64,000 nucleotides of DNA from Eledone cirrhosa (lineage: Eukaryota): NCBI GenBank assembly GCA_964016885.1, contig OZ024753.1, positions 10,974,001-11,038,000 of the forward strand, given 5' to 3'. Positions 1-12,713 of the stretch are shown here, in pieces. The notes under the pieces were generated by a model. It searched no databases, was not told the DNA's origin, and saw only the letters and a program-made list of their open reading frames with translations. Positions within the stretch are counted from its first letter, which is position 1. Every line of letters begins with the position of its first letter. The position numbers were made by a program, and so were the translations under genes.

Positions 1-321
1 ATGCAAATATGTGTGAATATGTGTGTTTATGTACGTACGTATATACGTATATGTGTGTATTTATGTACGTACCTATATACGTATGTGTGCGTTTATGTAC
101 GTACGTATATATGTGTGTGTGTTTATGTACGTACGTATATACGTATATATATATATGTGTATTTATGTATGTACGTACGTATATACGTATATACGTGTGT
201 ATGTGTGTGTTTATGTACGTACGTATATACGTATATATATATATATATATGTGTATTTACGTACGTACGTATATACGTATATACGTGTATATGTGTGTGT
301 TTATGTACGTACGTATATACG

Positions 322-354
<33 letters not shown>

Positions 355-423
355 ATTTATGTATGTACGTACGTATATACGTATATACGTGGGTATGTGT
401 GTTTATGTACGTACGTATATACG

Positions 424-456
<33 letters not shown>

Positions 457-594
457 ATTTATGTACGTACGTATATACGTATATACGTGTGTATGTGTGT
501 GTTTATGTACGTACGTATATGCGTATATATATATATGTGTGTATTTATGTACGTACGTATATACGTGTGTATGTGTGTGTTTATGTACGTGCAT
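1..594. repeat. Complex TA/TG/TACG minisatellite (unit like GTATTTATGTACGTACGTATATACGTATATA..GTGT)
   Basis: Tandem degenerate units visible directly; the ORFs over it are low-complexity artefacts. Confidence 0.95.
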
Positions 595-821
595 AAATTT
601 AGCCGGTGCTAAGCAAACAGTGATAAAACAGAGAATTATCCTTGATGTACATGACAGATTAAGACCGATTATTGGCTCAAATTGGTGCCAAGAGATTCCC
701 TTGCTAAACTTACAAACCATAATTATTGGCTCTTTTCTTTGTTATTTTTTTATTTGTAGTTATTAGACTAAAGATGATTTTTGTAGGGAGAGTTTCGTTG
801 TCATAGGCAATTGCATACATT

Positions 822-900
822 AATTGTTTCTACTATTGGTACAAGGCCAGCAATTAACCAGTACATTACTGGTACTTTATTTTATCGACCCCGTAAGGAT
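822..900 (-). mobile_element. 3' part of a Meta-type tRNA SINE, split from its 5' part (1866-1905) by an inserted array
   Basis: AATTGTTTCTAC..GGCCAGCAATT..TACTGGTACTTTATTTTATCGACCCCGTAAGGATG matches the other copies; the continuation CGGCGGGATTTGAACTCAG resumes at 1866. Confidence 0.9.
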
Positions 901-1562
901 GTGTGGTACACACACATATATATACGTATATATATATATGTGTGGTACACACACATATGTATACGTATATACGTACGTACATAAACACACACACATATAT
1001 ATGTGCGTACATAAACGCACACATATATACGTACGTACATAAATACACACATATATATATATACGTATATACGTACGTACATAAACACACACATGCACAC
1101 GTACGTACATAAACACACACACATATATACGTGCGTACATAAACGCACACATATATACGTATATACGTACGTACATAAATACACACATATATATATATAT
1201 ATATATACGTATATACGTACGTACATAAACACACACATACACACGTATATGCGTACGTACATAAACACACACACATATATACGTGCGTACATAAACGCAC
1301 ACATATATACGTATATACGTACGTACATAAATACACACATATATATATATATATGTATATACGTACGTACATAAACACACACACATATATACGTGCGTAC
1401 ATAAACGCACACATATATACGTATATACGTACGTACATAAATACACACACACATATATATATATACGTATATACGTACGTACATAAATACACAAACACAC
1501 ACACGTATATACGTACGTACATAAACGCACACACATATACGTATATACGTACGTACATAAAT

Positions 1563-1595
<33 letters not shown>

Positions 1596-1726
1596 CGTAC
1601 GTACATAAACACACACACATATACGTATATACGTACGTACATAAATACACATATATATATATATATATATATATACGTACGTACATAAACGCACACACAT
1701 ATACGTATATACGTACGTACATAAAT

Positions 1727-1757
<31 letters not shown>

Positions 1758-1808
1758 CGTACGTACATAAACGCACACACATATACGTATATACGTACGT
1801 ACATAAAT

Positions 1809-1844
<36 letters not shown>

Positions 1845-1865
1845 GTACGTACATAAACACACACA
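901..1865. repeat. Complex minisatellite, inverted relative to the array at 1-594
   Basis: Units ATATACGTACGTACATAAA(T/C)ACAC are the reverse complement of the 1-594 units. Confidence 0.9.
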
Positions 1866-1949
1866 CGGCGGGATTTGAACTCAGAATGGCAAGGGCCGTA
1901 ACTCTTGCATACATTAATATTTGTAGACAATTATAATGGTTTCTCATAT

Positions 1950-2160
1950 AGGCACAAGGCCAGAAATTTGGTGAGAGAAGGGGGGGGGTCGATTAAATCG
2001 ACGCCAGTGCGTGACTGGTACTTTATTTTATCGACCCCTCCCCCTCCCGTAAAGATGAAAGGCAAAGTTTACCTCGGCGGGATTTGTACTCAGACCATAA
2101 AGGGTCGTAACTATGCTGCAAAGCATGGCGTCCGACCTTCTACCGATATTGCCAATCCAG
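1950..2160 (-). mobile_element. Meta-type tRNA-derived SINE (variant tail)
   Basis: Same core and head as the other copies. Confidence 0.85.
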
Positions 2161-2257
2161 GAGGAAGGGGGCAGGAGAGGGGATAGAGGTGGAGGGAGAG
2201 AGGGGGGAGGGGGTTGAGGGAGAGAGAGGGGGGAGCTGGAAGAGAAATGATTCCCTG

Positions 2258-2404
<147 letters not shown>

Positions 2405-3075
2405 ATATTTTTTGCCTTATGTTAGCAAATTCTACTTCTACTCGTTGAGTGTTTGAAGCATTTTGGATGGAACAGAAGGAATGCGACACGCATGCGTAAT
2501 AGTAATATCATCATCAGCAGCAGCATCAGTAGTAGTGAAGGAGGTGGTGGTGGTGGTGGCAATGGAGGTGGTGATGGTGTTATGGAAATTGTATGAAATG
2601 CCAAGTGTTGAGGTAGAGACGGAAGTTTTGAAATGTAGCAACATTGGAGGTGGTTAATGATGTGTGAGAGATAGAGAGATAAATATGAGAGAGAGATAGG
2701 ATAGGAGTGATATATATAGGAGAGATAGGAGAGAGATAAAGAGAGTGAGAGAGAGATATATATAGGAGAGATAGACAAATAGAGAGAGAAACAAAGAGTG
2801 AGAGAGAGAAAGTAAGTGAGACAGAGTGAGTGAGACAGAGTGAGAGTGAGACAGAGAGACAGAAAGAGAAAAAAGAAAAGGAAAAGGAAAGAATGTAGTT
2901 ATGTTCATATAATATATTAGAAAATAAACCAGGTATATCACCAATCGAACACCTGTAACTATAAATTGATTTGATCAGGGCCGATCAATGATTAAACAAC
3001 ACAATGATCGATACTGCCCTAACAAAATAATAGTTTCTTTAGGCCTCACTACTTGAGGTAAATCTTATTTAATGA

Positions 3076-3084
<9 letters not shown>

Positions 3085-3149
<65 letters not shown>

Positions 3150-3168
3150 GGGTGTGTGTGGTGTGTGT

Positions 3169-3244
<76 letters not shown>

Positions 3245-3254
3245 TGCGTGTGTG
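3085..3254. repeat. (TG)n microsatellite
   Basis: Near-pure TG run. Confidence 0.99.
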
Positions 3255-3662
3255 AAGTAATTCCGTCGGAAAGGTCCAGGAAAAAAGAGTGCTCTATGTA
3301 AGTTACAGAGCTTATTAGTTATGTAATAAACAACATAAAATAATTATTTTATTTACCAGTGTTTTCTTGAAAGCAACCAAAATTGCTTTCATTCATTAGA
3401 ATGAAAAAATCCTGGTGTCTCTATTGACAGTGGATTTGAAAAACAAAAATATAACAGATATGAAAGTGAGGCTGGAGGAAAAAAAAGGGGGGGGGAATAA
3501 TAAATAAGAATATATAACAATACACACGTACTATATGTATATATTTATATATATAATATTATTCAAAATGTTAACAAATGAAAAATATTCGCATAATCAA
3601 AATATATACTTTATTATACAATGATATTAAATAAATAGAAATTATATTTATAAAACCATATT

Positions 3663-3722
3663 TATTCTATTATATATATTTCAAGGGTACCAAAATTTTG
3701 GTACACTATCATCAGATAAAAT
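3663..3722 (-). ncRNA. Type I hammerhead ribozyme motif
   Basis: Minus strand reads uuuuau-CUGAUGA-uagu-guaccaaa au uuugguac-ccuu-GAAA-uauauaua-UA-auagaa; same family as 39992-40054. Confidence 0.75.
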
Positions 3723-3800
3723 ACGAAGTGCGTTTTCTAAATGTTGACATAACCAAGGAGAATATACCTTACCGGTTCAAGTTATCCCTGGATAATCTAC

Positions 3801-3862
3801 TTTACTATATATATTTCAAAGGTACTGTGCTGTTTTTTTCAGTACGTCCTCATCAGACAAAA
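3801..3862 (-). ncRNA. Type I hammerhead ribozyme motif; inverted copy at 3914-3972 (+)
   Basis: uuuugu-CUGAUGA-ggac-guacug..caguac-cuuu-GAAA-uauaua-UA-guaaa. Confidence 0.7.
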
Positions 3863-4116
3863 TATATAATTTGATATATGACATACCGCTACGGTCTTGA
3901 TTATTCAATTTCCGTATTGATGAGGACGTACTGAAAGAAACAGCACAGTACCTTTGAAATGTATATAATAAAGTATATATTTTGATTATGCCAATATTTT
4001 TCATTTGTTAACATTTTGAATAATATTAAAAACTCCAGGAAAACTTCTTGTGGAGTGCTTCTAATCTATTGTAAAACTGTATTCGTTGAGTACTCAACGA
4101 GTCATATTAATCTTTG

Positions 4117-4152
<36 letters not shown>

Positions 4153-4193
4153 CGAAACATAAGTCAATTGCATGAACTCATAATCCTTTATTT

Positions 4194-4249
4194 ACTGCTA
4201 TATATATTTCGATGATAGCCATTGAATGGCTATGACCTCATCGGGCAGT
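4194..4249 (-). ncRNA. Type I hammerhead ribozyme motif (CCGAUGA core variant)
   Basis: acugc-CCGAUGA-gguc-auagccau uca auggcuau-cauc-GAAA-uauaua-UA-gcagu; stems I and II pair. Confidence 0.75.
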
Positions 4250-4551
4250 TAGTCAGTTCTTAGATATGCCAGCTCTGTGTTTATAGTGTTGATGGTATCA
4301 GAGCATTGGGACATATATATATATATATATATATATGACCCAGTGGTAAACAGGTGAAACTCCAGAGTAGTAAGACTCACTATTTAACTATAATAAAATG
4401 AATATTTAATCTCTATTTTGGTACTGAGTACTCTTTTCTCTCAGTTGCCAACTACATACATAAACACACACACACAATATATATATTATATTATACATTT
4501 TTTCCAATTCCAACCCGCCCGTCCTCTCAATCTTTCTTATTTCTCACTCTT

Positions 4552-4587
4552 TCTTCTGATGAAGGACTAGCGTCCGAAATGTTAAGA
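4552..4587 (+). ncRNA. Minimal type I hammerhead ribozyme; family copy at 20567-20602 (-)
   Basis: ucuu-CUGAUGA-a-ggac uagc gucc-GAAA-uguu-aaga; the flanks 4490-4680 recur inverted at 20470-20660. Confidence 0.8.
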
Positions 4588-4671
4588 CCCTCTTCCTGCT
4601 ATATCAAGCATTAACCTAATATATACCTTCCATATACTGTACCGATTGTGTTGTTATTTCTGTTTACCTTT

Positions 4672-4719
<48 letters not shown>

Positions 4720-4722
<3 letters not shown>

Positions 4723-4893
4723 GGCTTCTCCAGGACTACAACTGTTTCATTCGAAGGAAATCACCAGGCTTTCCTGATGATTTCCTTCGAATGTAACAGT
4801 TCTAGTCCTGTAGACGCCATTTCTATGTTAAATATTTATACTCTGCTACGTATTGAGCAACTTATTTACTATGGTCACCCCCGATTCAACCCG

Positions 4894-4895
<2 letters not shown>
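4720..4895 (+). mobile_element. PLE-end fold-back insertion, family A (hammerhead plus bulged hairpin), in (TA)n
   Basis: Inverted arm followed by CTGATGATTTCCTTCGAATG.AACAGTTCTAGTCCTGTAG..; other copies at 12060-12240, 12465-12660, 18922-19028, 20200-20400, 29810-29960, 31200-31415. Confidence 0.75.
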
Positions 4896-4951
<56 letters not shown>

Positions 4952-5153
4952 ATATATATATATAAACTGCATTCATTAAATTTTAAAAATATCCAATTAT
5001 TATAGTGAGTCAAATGTCTGAGAGTTTTATAATTAGCAATACACGAGGAGGAATTTATTAAATCTGATAAGTACAAATGTTGGACGTATTTTTAAATATA
5101 TCTTCTTCTCAGTATCATTTGGTATAGAAAAAATATCTGAAACTAATTTCCAC

Positions 5154-6445
5154 ATAGAGAGAGAGAGAGAGAGAGAGAAATGGAGAGAGTGAAAAAGAGA
5201 GTAAAGAGAGAGAAAATGGAGAGAGAGAAAAAGAGAGTAAAGAGTGAGGGAGAGAAAAAGAGAGTAAAGAGTGAGGGAGAGAAAAGAGAGAGAGAGAGAA
5301 AGGGGAAAATAGAGAAGGGAAAGAGAGAGCAAAGAGAGCAAAGAGAGAGAGGGGAAAAGAGAGCAAAGAGAGAGAGGGGAAAAGAGAGCAAAGAGAGAGA
5401 GGGGAAAAGAGAGCAAAGAGAGAGGGGGAAAAGAGAGGGGGGAATAGAGAGGGGAAAGAGAGAGGGGGGGATAGAGAGGGGGAGGGGATAGAGAGGGGGA
5501 AAGAAAGAGGGGGAAAGAGAGAGAGAGAGAGAGAGCAAATAGAGAGAGGGGAAAGAGAGCAAAGAGAGAGAGGGGAAAGAGAGAACAAAGAGAGAGGGGA
5601 AAGAGAGAAAAAAGAGAGAGAGAAGGGAGAGAACAAAGAGAGAGAGAAGGGAGAGAACAAAGAGAGAGAGAGAAGGGAGAGAACAAAGAGAGAGAGAAGG
5701 GAGAGAGCAAAGAGAGAGAGAAGTGAAAGAGAGAGAGGAAAGAGAGAAGACAAAGAGAGAGAGGAAAGAGAGAGAGGAAAGAGAGAGAGAGGAAAGAGAG
5801 AGAGAGAGGAAAGAGAGAGAAGGGAAAGAGAGAGAGAGAGGAAAGAGAGAGAAGGGAAAGAGAGAGAGGAAAGAGAGAGAAGGGATAGAGAGAAGGGAAA
5901 GAGAGAGAAGGGAAAGAGAGAGGGAGGAAAGAGAGAGAGAGAGGAGAGAGAGAGGAGAGAGAGAGGAGAGAGAGAGGAGAGAGAGAGGAGAGAGAGAAAA
6001 GAGAGAGAGAGGAGAGAGAAGGGAAAGAGAGAGAGAGGAGAGAGAAGGGAAAGAGAGAGGAAATAGTGAGAGGGGAGAGAGAGAGAGGAAAGAGAGAGGA
6101 AATAGAGAGGAAATAGAGAGGAAAGAGAGAGAGAGGAAAGAGAGAGGAAAGAGAGAGGAAAGAGAGAAGAAAGAGAGAAGAAAGAGAGAGGAAATAAAGA
6201 GAAGAAACAGAGAGGAAATAAAGAGAGAGGAAATAAAGAGAGAGGAAATAAAGAGAGAGGAAATAAAGAGAGAGGAAATAAAGAGAGAGGAAATAAAGAG
6301 AGAGGAAATAAAGAGAGAGGAAATAAAGAGAGAGGAAATAAAGAGAGAGGAAAGAGAGGAAATAAAGAGAGAGGAAAGAGAGATGAAATAAAGAGAGAGG
6401 AAAGAGAGATGAAATAAAGAGAAGAAAGAGAGGAAATAGAGAGGG
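5154..6445. repeat. Polypurine GA-rich low-complexity array, including (AGAGGAAATAAAGAG)n
   Basis: Almost no pyrimidines on the + strand for about 1.3 kb. Confidence 0.95.
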
Positions 6446-6734
6446 AGGTGGAGGGGTTTGAATGTTTTTCTTCTACCACAACTACACCCCCGCCCCCCTC
6501 TTCCCTCCAAAAACGAACGAATGACAGTATTTTGTGTCTCGGTTGAACTAGAAAGCGTCGTCTGTATTCTAGGAAACGAGACATCTGGAGCAGTGACAGA
6601 CCTGGAATCGGTAAATTAACCATACAACAGCAAACAAGACAAAATAAATAAATGAAAAAAAAACACACAGAGAAAGATGGGAGGGGGATAAGGAAACTTC
6701 AAAATAGTAATAGTAGTATATAGGTAGATAGATA

Positions 6735-6778
<44 letters not shown>

Positions 6779-6949
6779 AAACATTCTAAAACCCCACAAA
6801 AAACAAATACTATATAAAACTGAAACATTTTCGAGTGCATTCCTGATGTTTGTCGCTCGCTCAATTTCTCCTGAAGACATATAACTGCTATGAATAAAGT
6901 GTCCCCGCATACCTCTGTAACCCACACGGATGGAATTTATATATATATA

Positions 6950-6980
<31 letters not shown>

Positions 6981-7179
6981 ATGTGTGTGTGTGATGAAAG
7001 AATGAAGAATAACTGAGACAAGCTATACAGTAGGGTTTATTCAAAGTATTAACATATGTTTCATTGACTAGTTTGTGATTGGATGTGTCTTACAATCGCT
7101 ATCTGTAATGTTGTGAAACTCGATTTTAATTACTGCTTATAGCAGTCAAATTATCAAAATACCAATCATATATATATAT

Positions 7180-7500
7180 GATGTTGACTTGTTCTTCTTT
7201 TTGGTAAATATCATCTTGGTTAAGAGAGTGGGACTGGCTTTGTGCAGTGTCTTTGCCCACTATAAAAGTTTCACGGCACAGGCATTGCTTTATATCTGGA
7301 GATCTCTCTGCACTTGTCGTCACATGGTACCATGGGCCCAGCACTGTGTGTCAATAATTGTCACAAGTGTAGTGTTTGTACCAGAGTTTTCAAGTCGCTG
7401 GCTGGACTAAAAAGTCACACTCGTTCAGCGCATCGGTAGGGGTTCTCCTACATGGATATAAAGTAGTGGCCGCACTCGAAAACGAGTTGGCAGCCACCAT
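7180..7500 (-). mobile_element. Dispersed non-autonomous repeat; copies at 13689-14135 (+), 31754-31855 (-), 41713-42302 (+); diverged relative at 27250-27600
   Basis: High identity between copies starting ATGGTGGCTGCCAACTCG; the distal part resembles RTE-type 5' UTR sequence (inference). Confidence 0.8.
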
Positions 7501-7585
7501 GTATGTATGTATGTATGTATGTATGTATGTATGTATGTATGTATGTATGTATGTATGTATGTATGTATGTATGTATGTATGTATG

Positions 7586-9511
7586 TTCTTCTGGTTTTAT
7601 AATTTCACAAAGTTTTACCAATAGAGAGAGTATCGGTTTCTAACAGACACAAGACTCTCTGATTGGAATTTACACAACATCAACTAGGTAGGTATGTATG
7701 TATACATGCATGTATAGATATGGATGTGGATGTTTTGAGTTGTATGTGTGCATGTGTATATGCTTTGTATCTGTACATGTGTATATGCAGTTATTAGATG
7801 CAAAATTTTTGGAATGTTTTACATATTTTTACTGTTCCATTAATGGATTGTACCTGTAATTTCCTAACTAGTTGTGTTCTTTCTGTTCCTGTGAAGTCTA
7901 GCTTCTCAAGATTTGTATTGAGGCAGTTACTAACATACCCCAGTGCCCCAATAATCACAGGCATAAATCTGAAGGTGTAATCAGGGTGGAGTATCTGCAG
8001 ATTTCTCATCAGTTCTGCATAAATATTCTCCTTTTCACTAATCTTTGATATTATATTGGCATCTGCTGGGCAGCTAATTTCTACTACTGTGCATGTTTTC
8101 TTCTTCCTGTCCCATATCATAATATCTAGTCTGTTATGCCTGCATTTTATTGGGGTTTTAACTGGAACATTCCACCAGTACTTTCATATTATGTACATGG
8201 ATGTCTTCCACATTGTTGTAGCTTTTAATGTGTTTATTATCGGGGCTATCTTTTTTACGAACTGCATTGTACAGTGTTTTGGCCACTACATCATGCCTCA
8301 TAGGTAGATAGTACCGTGATGACATCTTTGGACAGCTGCTGATGACATGGATGATATCCTCGATGTTAGTTCTGCAGAGTCTTCACTTATCACATTTAGG
8401 TGTTTTGCCTGCATCCCTATCTCTTTTGTGAATCAGGTATTTCGTGCTAATCTCCTGTTCTTGGATTGCAAAAGCGTATCCTTCAAAGTGGGAGCCAATA
8501 TAGCGGTTGTTGGTCCAAGATAGACTACTTTCCTTATCAATATTACTCTCACTCTGGAGCCTCCTGGCAACATATCCATGCATGATTTTTTGCTGATAGG
8601 CATGCAGTTTTTCATCCATGGATTCACTACGATACTGCTGGGCGACATCCCTGGGTGTGAGTTTTTGATTATCACACAGGGAATATCTCTCAAGGAGTTC
8701 CTTCCCAACTCTCATGATCTTATCTGTTTCATGCAGATAGACTTGCTCGAGAAGCGGGCTCCTACGCTTCGAGGTTCGTAGATGTTGTCGGGGAGATATG
8801 ATGCGACATTCAAATGTTGTCTGGACTGATGTTAGGCCTCTGCCTCCCTGCTTACGTTTCAAGTAAAGGCGGTCTATGTCACTGTTGATGTGGAAGTTTC
8901 CGGTGTTGTTCAGTATTTTTCGAGTTCCAACATCAACTGCTCAGATTTCGTCTATCGTCCAATTGAGTATTCCAAACGTTGGTGTTAGGACAGGCACAGC
9001 AAACACATTGTGAGCCACTGTTTTGTTTTGCGCAGAGAGTTCCGATGACCAGATCTTTCTCAATCGGGTGTAGTATTCCCTGGTTACGCGTTCTTTATTA
9101 CATATACCATTATAGGATATGTTCTCATCTATCCCCAGGTATCTGTAGCAGTCCTCATCAGATATCGGTGAAACAGTTAGACCATTGATGACAATGTTGC
9201 TAGATTGGGTTGTTGTTTTTCTCCAATTTACAGTCATGTATGAGCATTTATCTTGGCCAAACTCCATTCCTATATACTTTGAGAACGTTGTAACCAGGTC
9301 AAGATTTTTGTTCATACCATCCATGTTCTTGGCATAGAGTTTCAGATCATCCACAAAGAAGTTATAGGTTAGGTTCATATTTCTGCCCTCCTGTGAGCCA
9401 ATGATGTATCCCTTACATTTCTTGAGCAGAAAGGACAAGGGGTTTAATGACAAGATGAACAATATCACAGAGAGACTGTCCCCCTGAAATATACCCCTGC
9501 AATATTTTATT
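7586..9511 (-). mobile_element. 5'-truncated R4/Dong-like non-LTR retrotransposon (RT, CCHC knuckle, RLE endonuclease), decayed, flanked by (TATG)n on both sides
   Basis: GIFQGDSLS, FFVDDLKLY, YRYLGI, RKQGGRGL, AIQEQEI, *RLC..EDIIHVISSC, RHD, RLDIMIWD..VVEISCP; in-frame stops at 8941 and 8383 and a frameshift near 8180. Confidence 0.9.
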
Positions 9512-9842
9512 TTATGTATGTATGTATGTATGTATGTATGTATGTATGTATGTATGTATGTATGTATGTATGTATGTATGTATGTATGTATGTATGTATG
9601 TATGTATGTATGTATGTATGTGTGTGTGTATATGTTGGGGGGGGGGTCTATATTTATAAATATATGGGGTAACAAGTTATCGTTTTAGGTAATCCAGTTA
9701 GAGGTTGTAAGCACTATGGATAGTTTTAAGGTATGGCGTTGTTTGACTCAACAAGAGGTTTCCTTAGTTAGGTAGCGAGTTTGCGAGAATTCCCATACAG
9801 GTTATTCTTGGAGTAATAGTAGTGAAAGAGTGAAGAATAACA

Positions 9843-10097
9843 TGGTCGGCTGTACAAAAATGGTTTTATTTACAATATGAACGATTGTTTCTTTGATCAG
9901 GTGAGTCTAAAGACCGCTAATCACTCGAAGCTGCGCCACTCACCTTAAATACAGTGTGTGTCCGATGATTTGATCAGAGACACACTGTATTTAAGGTCGA
10001 GTAACGTAACTTCGAGTGATTAGCGGCCTTTAGACTCACCTGATCAAAGAAACAATTGTTAATACTGTAAATAAAATCATTTTTGTACAGCCGATCA
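9843..10097 (+). mobile_element. Fold-back PLE-end insertion containing a hammerhead with a long stem II insert (9957-10065)
   Basis: Arms of about 115 bp; gugu-CCGAUGA-uuugaucag..cugaucaaa-GAAAC-aauugu-UA-auac. Confidence 0.75.
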
Positions 10098-10144
10098 AGT
10101 TATTCTTCAATTTTCTCTCTCTCTCTATATATATATATATATAC

Positions 10145-10325
10145 AAAAATGTTCAACCCCGACGGCAGAGCTCAAGTCGTTTCGACGGCTATTTCCAGAA
10201 ATAGCCGTCGAAACGGCTTGAGCTCTGCCATCGGGGTTGAACATTTTCCTATTACCCACTCTACTAAGTATTGAGTATTCTGGTGTGTTATGGTCCATCT
10301 GGTTCCTTACCACACTTCCTTCGTT
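10145..10325 (+). mobile_element. PLE-end fold-back insertion, family B (3' half of a hammerhead plus bulged hairpin), in (TA)n
   Basis: CCCCGACGGC.GAGCTCAAG.CGTTTCGACGGCTA..TAGCCGTCGAAACGGCTTGAGCTC..GGGG..ACCCACTCTACT..; copies at 10674-10860, 19066-19228, 20845-21027, 27851-28045, 36408-36600, 36636-36790, 40533-40672, 45867-46055, 58553-58810. Confidence 0.8.
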
Positions 10326-10448
10326 TTATATATATATATATATATATATATTTAATTTATATATATATTTATTTAATTTATATATATATATATATATATA
10401 ATATAAAAAAAACGAAAAATCAGTGATGCATCTAGACTCAGTTTATTG

Positions 10449-10538
10449 CGTGTTACAATTGTTTCGCCGGCAGACAGCTCGAGTCATGATCATTGTATGG
10501 ATTTGCCTGATTCTATAACTGCGGGTTCTTCGGACACA
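10449..10538 (-). ncRNA. Type I hammerhead motif with extended stem II
   Basis: gugu-CCGAAGA-acccgcag..cugccggc-GAAAC-aauugu-A-acac. Confidence 0.7.
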
Positions 10539-10629
10539 TGCAATGCTTTCGGAGCAAATTTTCTCACTGGGGTTTTATCTTCAAAAAAACACCTTCAAAA
10601 AACATCTTCCACTCTTGTCTTGCCATTGG

Positions 10630-10675
<46 letters not shown>

Positions 10676-10858
10676 AACCAGTAAGACCCCGACAGCTGAG
10701 CTCAAGCCGTTTCGACGGCTAATTCTGGGATTAGCCGTCGAAACGGCTTGAGCTCAGCTGTCGGGGTCTTACTGGTTCCTATTACCCACTCTACTACCTC
10801 AAGTATTGAGTACTTTGGTGCGTTATGGTCCACCTGGTTCCTTACCACATTTCTTTCG

Positions 10859-10894
<36 letters not shown>

Positions 10895-11820
10895 CAAATT
10901 TAAATAATTTTTAAAACCAAACAATGCATTAGAAAGAAAATTAAATCGCTAAGATAAAAGAATCTTATCTTAGGAAATTTAATGATCTCAAATATTTTCG
11001 GGTTTAAAGACCCACTATCAAGGGAGTGTCCCTAGGAGACACTTAAAGAATAGATCGGATTCCACTTATTTGGAAGGCAGATTTAAATAAATATATATAT
11101 ATATATATGCGTGTGTGTGCGCGTGTGTGTGTGTGTGTGTGACTGGATCATGGGAAAATAACACAACTCACACCAGCACACATATGTGTGTGTGTGTGTG
11201 CGAGCGTGCGTGCGTGCGTGTGTGCGCGCGTACATGCGTATGTGTGCGTGCGTGTGCGTGTGCGCGTGTGTAATTCTTCACCGTAAAATACATTGAGTTC
11301 GCTAAGGAGGAGATGTGACATTAACTAATTGCTATCATTGTTTCCGCTATGAATGACAATAACAACAATTACAACTACTACACACGTGAATTATGCGAAA
11401 GAAAGAGAACCAGCGACAGTTAATTTTGAAGTATGGAGGAGCACCAGTATTAATTACTTCCTTGTAATAACAAGATGTATTTACAATGATTTGGAGTCTA
11501 AAGAAATGAAAAATGAAAAATTTATTCATGAGAAAATTAAAAATAAGTGCAGAAAAACCATCAAATAAATTTCGCTTTGTTAAAATGGCTGCCAAAGACA
11601 AGACAAAAGAAAAGTGAAAGGAAAATAGAATATAAAGGAAACATTAAAGGAAAGGAAATATAATTTAATATACAAGAAAGACATAACTTCATACTATATA
11701 TATATATATATATCCCCCCCCCCCACTCTCCTGATCGTGAAATTAATAAACATTTATTGTACTGCCTCTGTTTTGTCCCTGTTCAAATTTTTCCATTATA
11801 TATATATATATATATATATA

Positions 11821-11850
11821 ATGAGTCCTTAATAGGACGAAACATTGTTG
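11821..11850 (+). ncRNA. 5'-truncated hammerhead motif at a (TA)n junction
   Basis: (cug)AUGA-GUCC uuaaua GGAC-GAAAC-auuguu. Confidence 0.65.
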
Positions 11851-12003
11851 GCTAATAAAGACTTTTGATGTATTGAAGGTTTCTTTGGTTTATTTTTTTT
11901 ATAATTCTTCGGCTCTGTTTAATTACATTGAGCTATATCTTATACTGTCATTTCTATAATATGGAGAGGGTGTTTAACTCCAACACACTCTAGTATTTTA
12001 ATT

Positions 12004-12042
<39 letters not shown>

Positions 12043-12184
12043 GTATATATATATATACGTTATTCCGGGTTGAATCGGAAGTAACCACAGCAAGTAAGGT
12101 ACTCAATACATTGCAGAGTATAAAAGTTTTAATATAGATGAGATTCTACAGGACTAGAACTGTTTCATTCTTTAGAAATCATGT

Positions 12185-12233
12185 GATTCCTGATGATTTC
12201 TAAAGAATGAAACAGTTCTAGTCCTGTAGAATC
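12185..12233 (+). ncRNA. Hammerhead motif, family A
   Basis: gauuc-CUGAUGA-uuucuaaagaau-GAAAC-aguuc..gaauc; stem I covaries with ggcuuc/gaagcc in other copies. Confidence 0.65.
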
Positions 12234-12264
12234 TCATCTATATATATATATATATATATATATA

Positions 12265-12452
12265 TAACTGTTTCTACTTTAGGCACAAGGCCAGAAATTA
12301 CTCAGTATATTACTGGTACTTTATTTTATCAACCCCGTAAGGATGAAAGACAAAGTTAACCTCGGCGAGATTTGAACTCAGACTGTAAAGGGACGTAACT
12401 ATGCTGGAAAGCATGGCGTCCAACCCTCTACTGATACTGCCAATTCACCGCC
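12265..12452 (-). mobile_element. Meta-type tRNA-derived SINE
   Basis: Full-length copy. Confidence 0.9.
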
Positions 12453-12713
12453 CTATAACATAATATAGAAATGGCTTCTATAGGACTAGAATTATTTCCT
12501 TCGGGAGAAATCACAAGGAAGCCGTCAGGGATTTCCTGGTGATTTCTCCCGAATGAAACAGTTATAGTCCTGTAGAAGCCATTTCTATATTAAATATTTA
12601 TACTCTGCAATGTATTGAGTACCTTACTTACTCTGGGAACCCCCGATCGAACCAGGGATAAACTTCTCTCTCTCTCTCATACACATTATATACAATGTGT
12701 ATGAGAGAGAGAG

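Noticed and set aside
10145-10325. Interpreting the (TA)n-flanked fold-backs as Tc1/mariner MITEs
   Set aside because: The arms are asymmetric with variable left ends, contain hammerhead parts, and one such family matches the PLE 3' end
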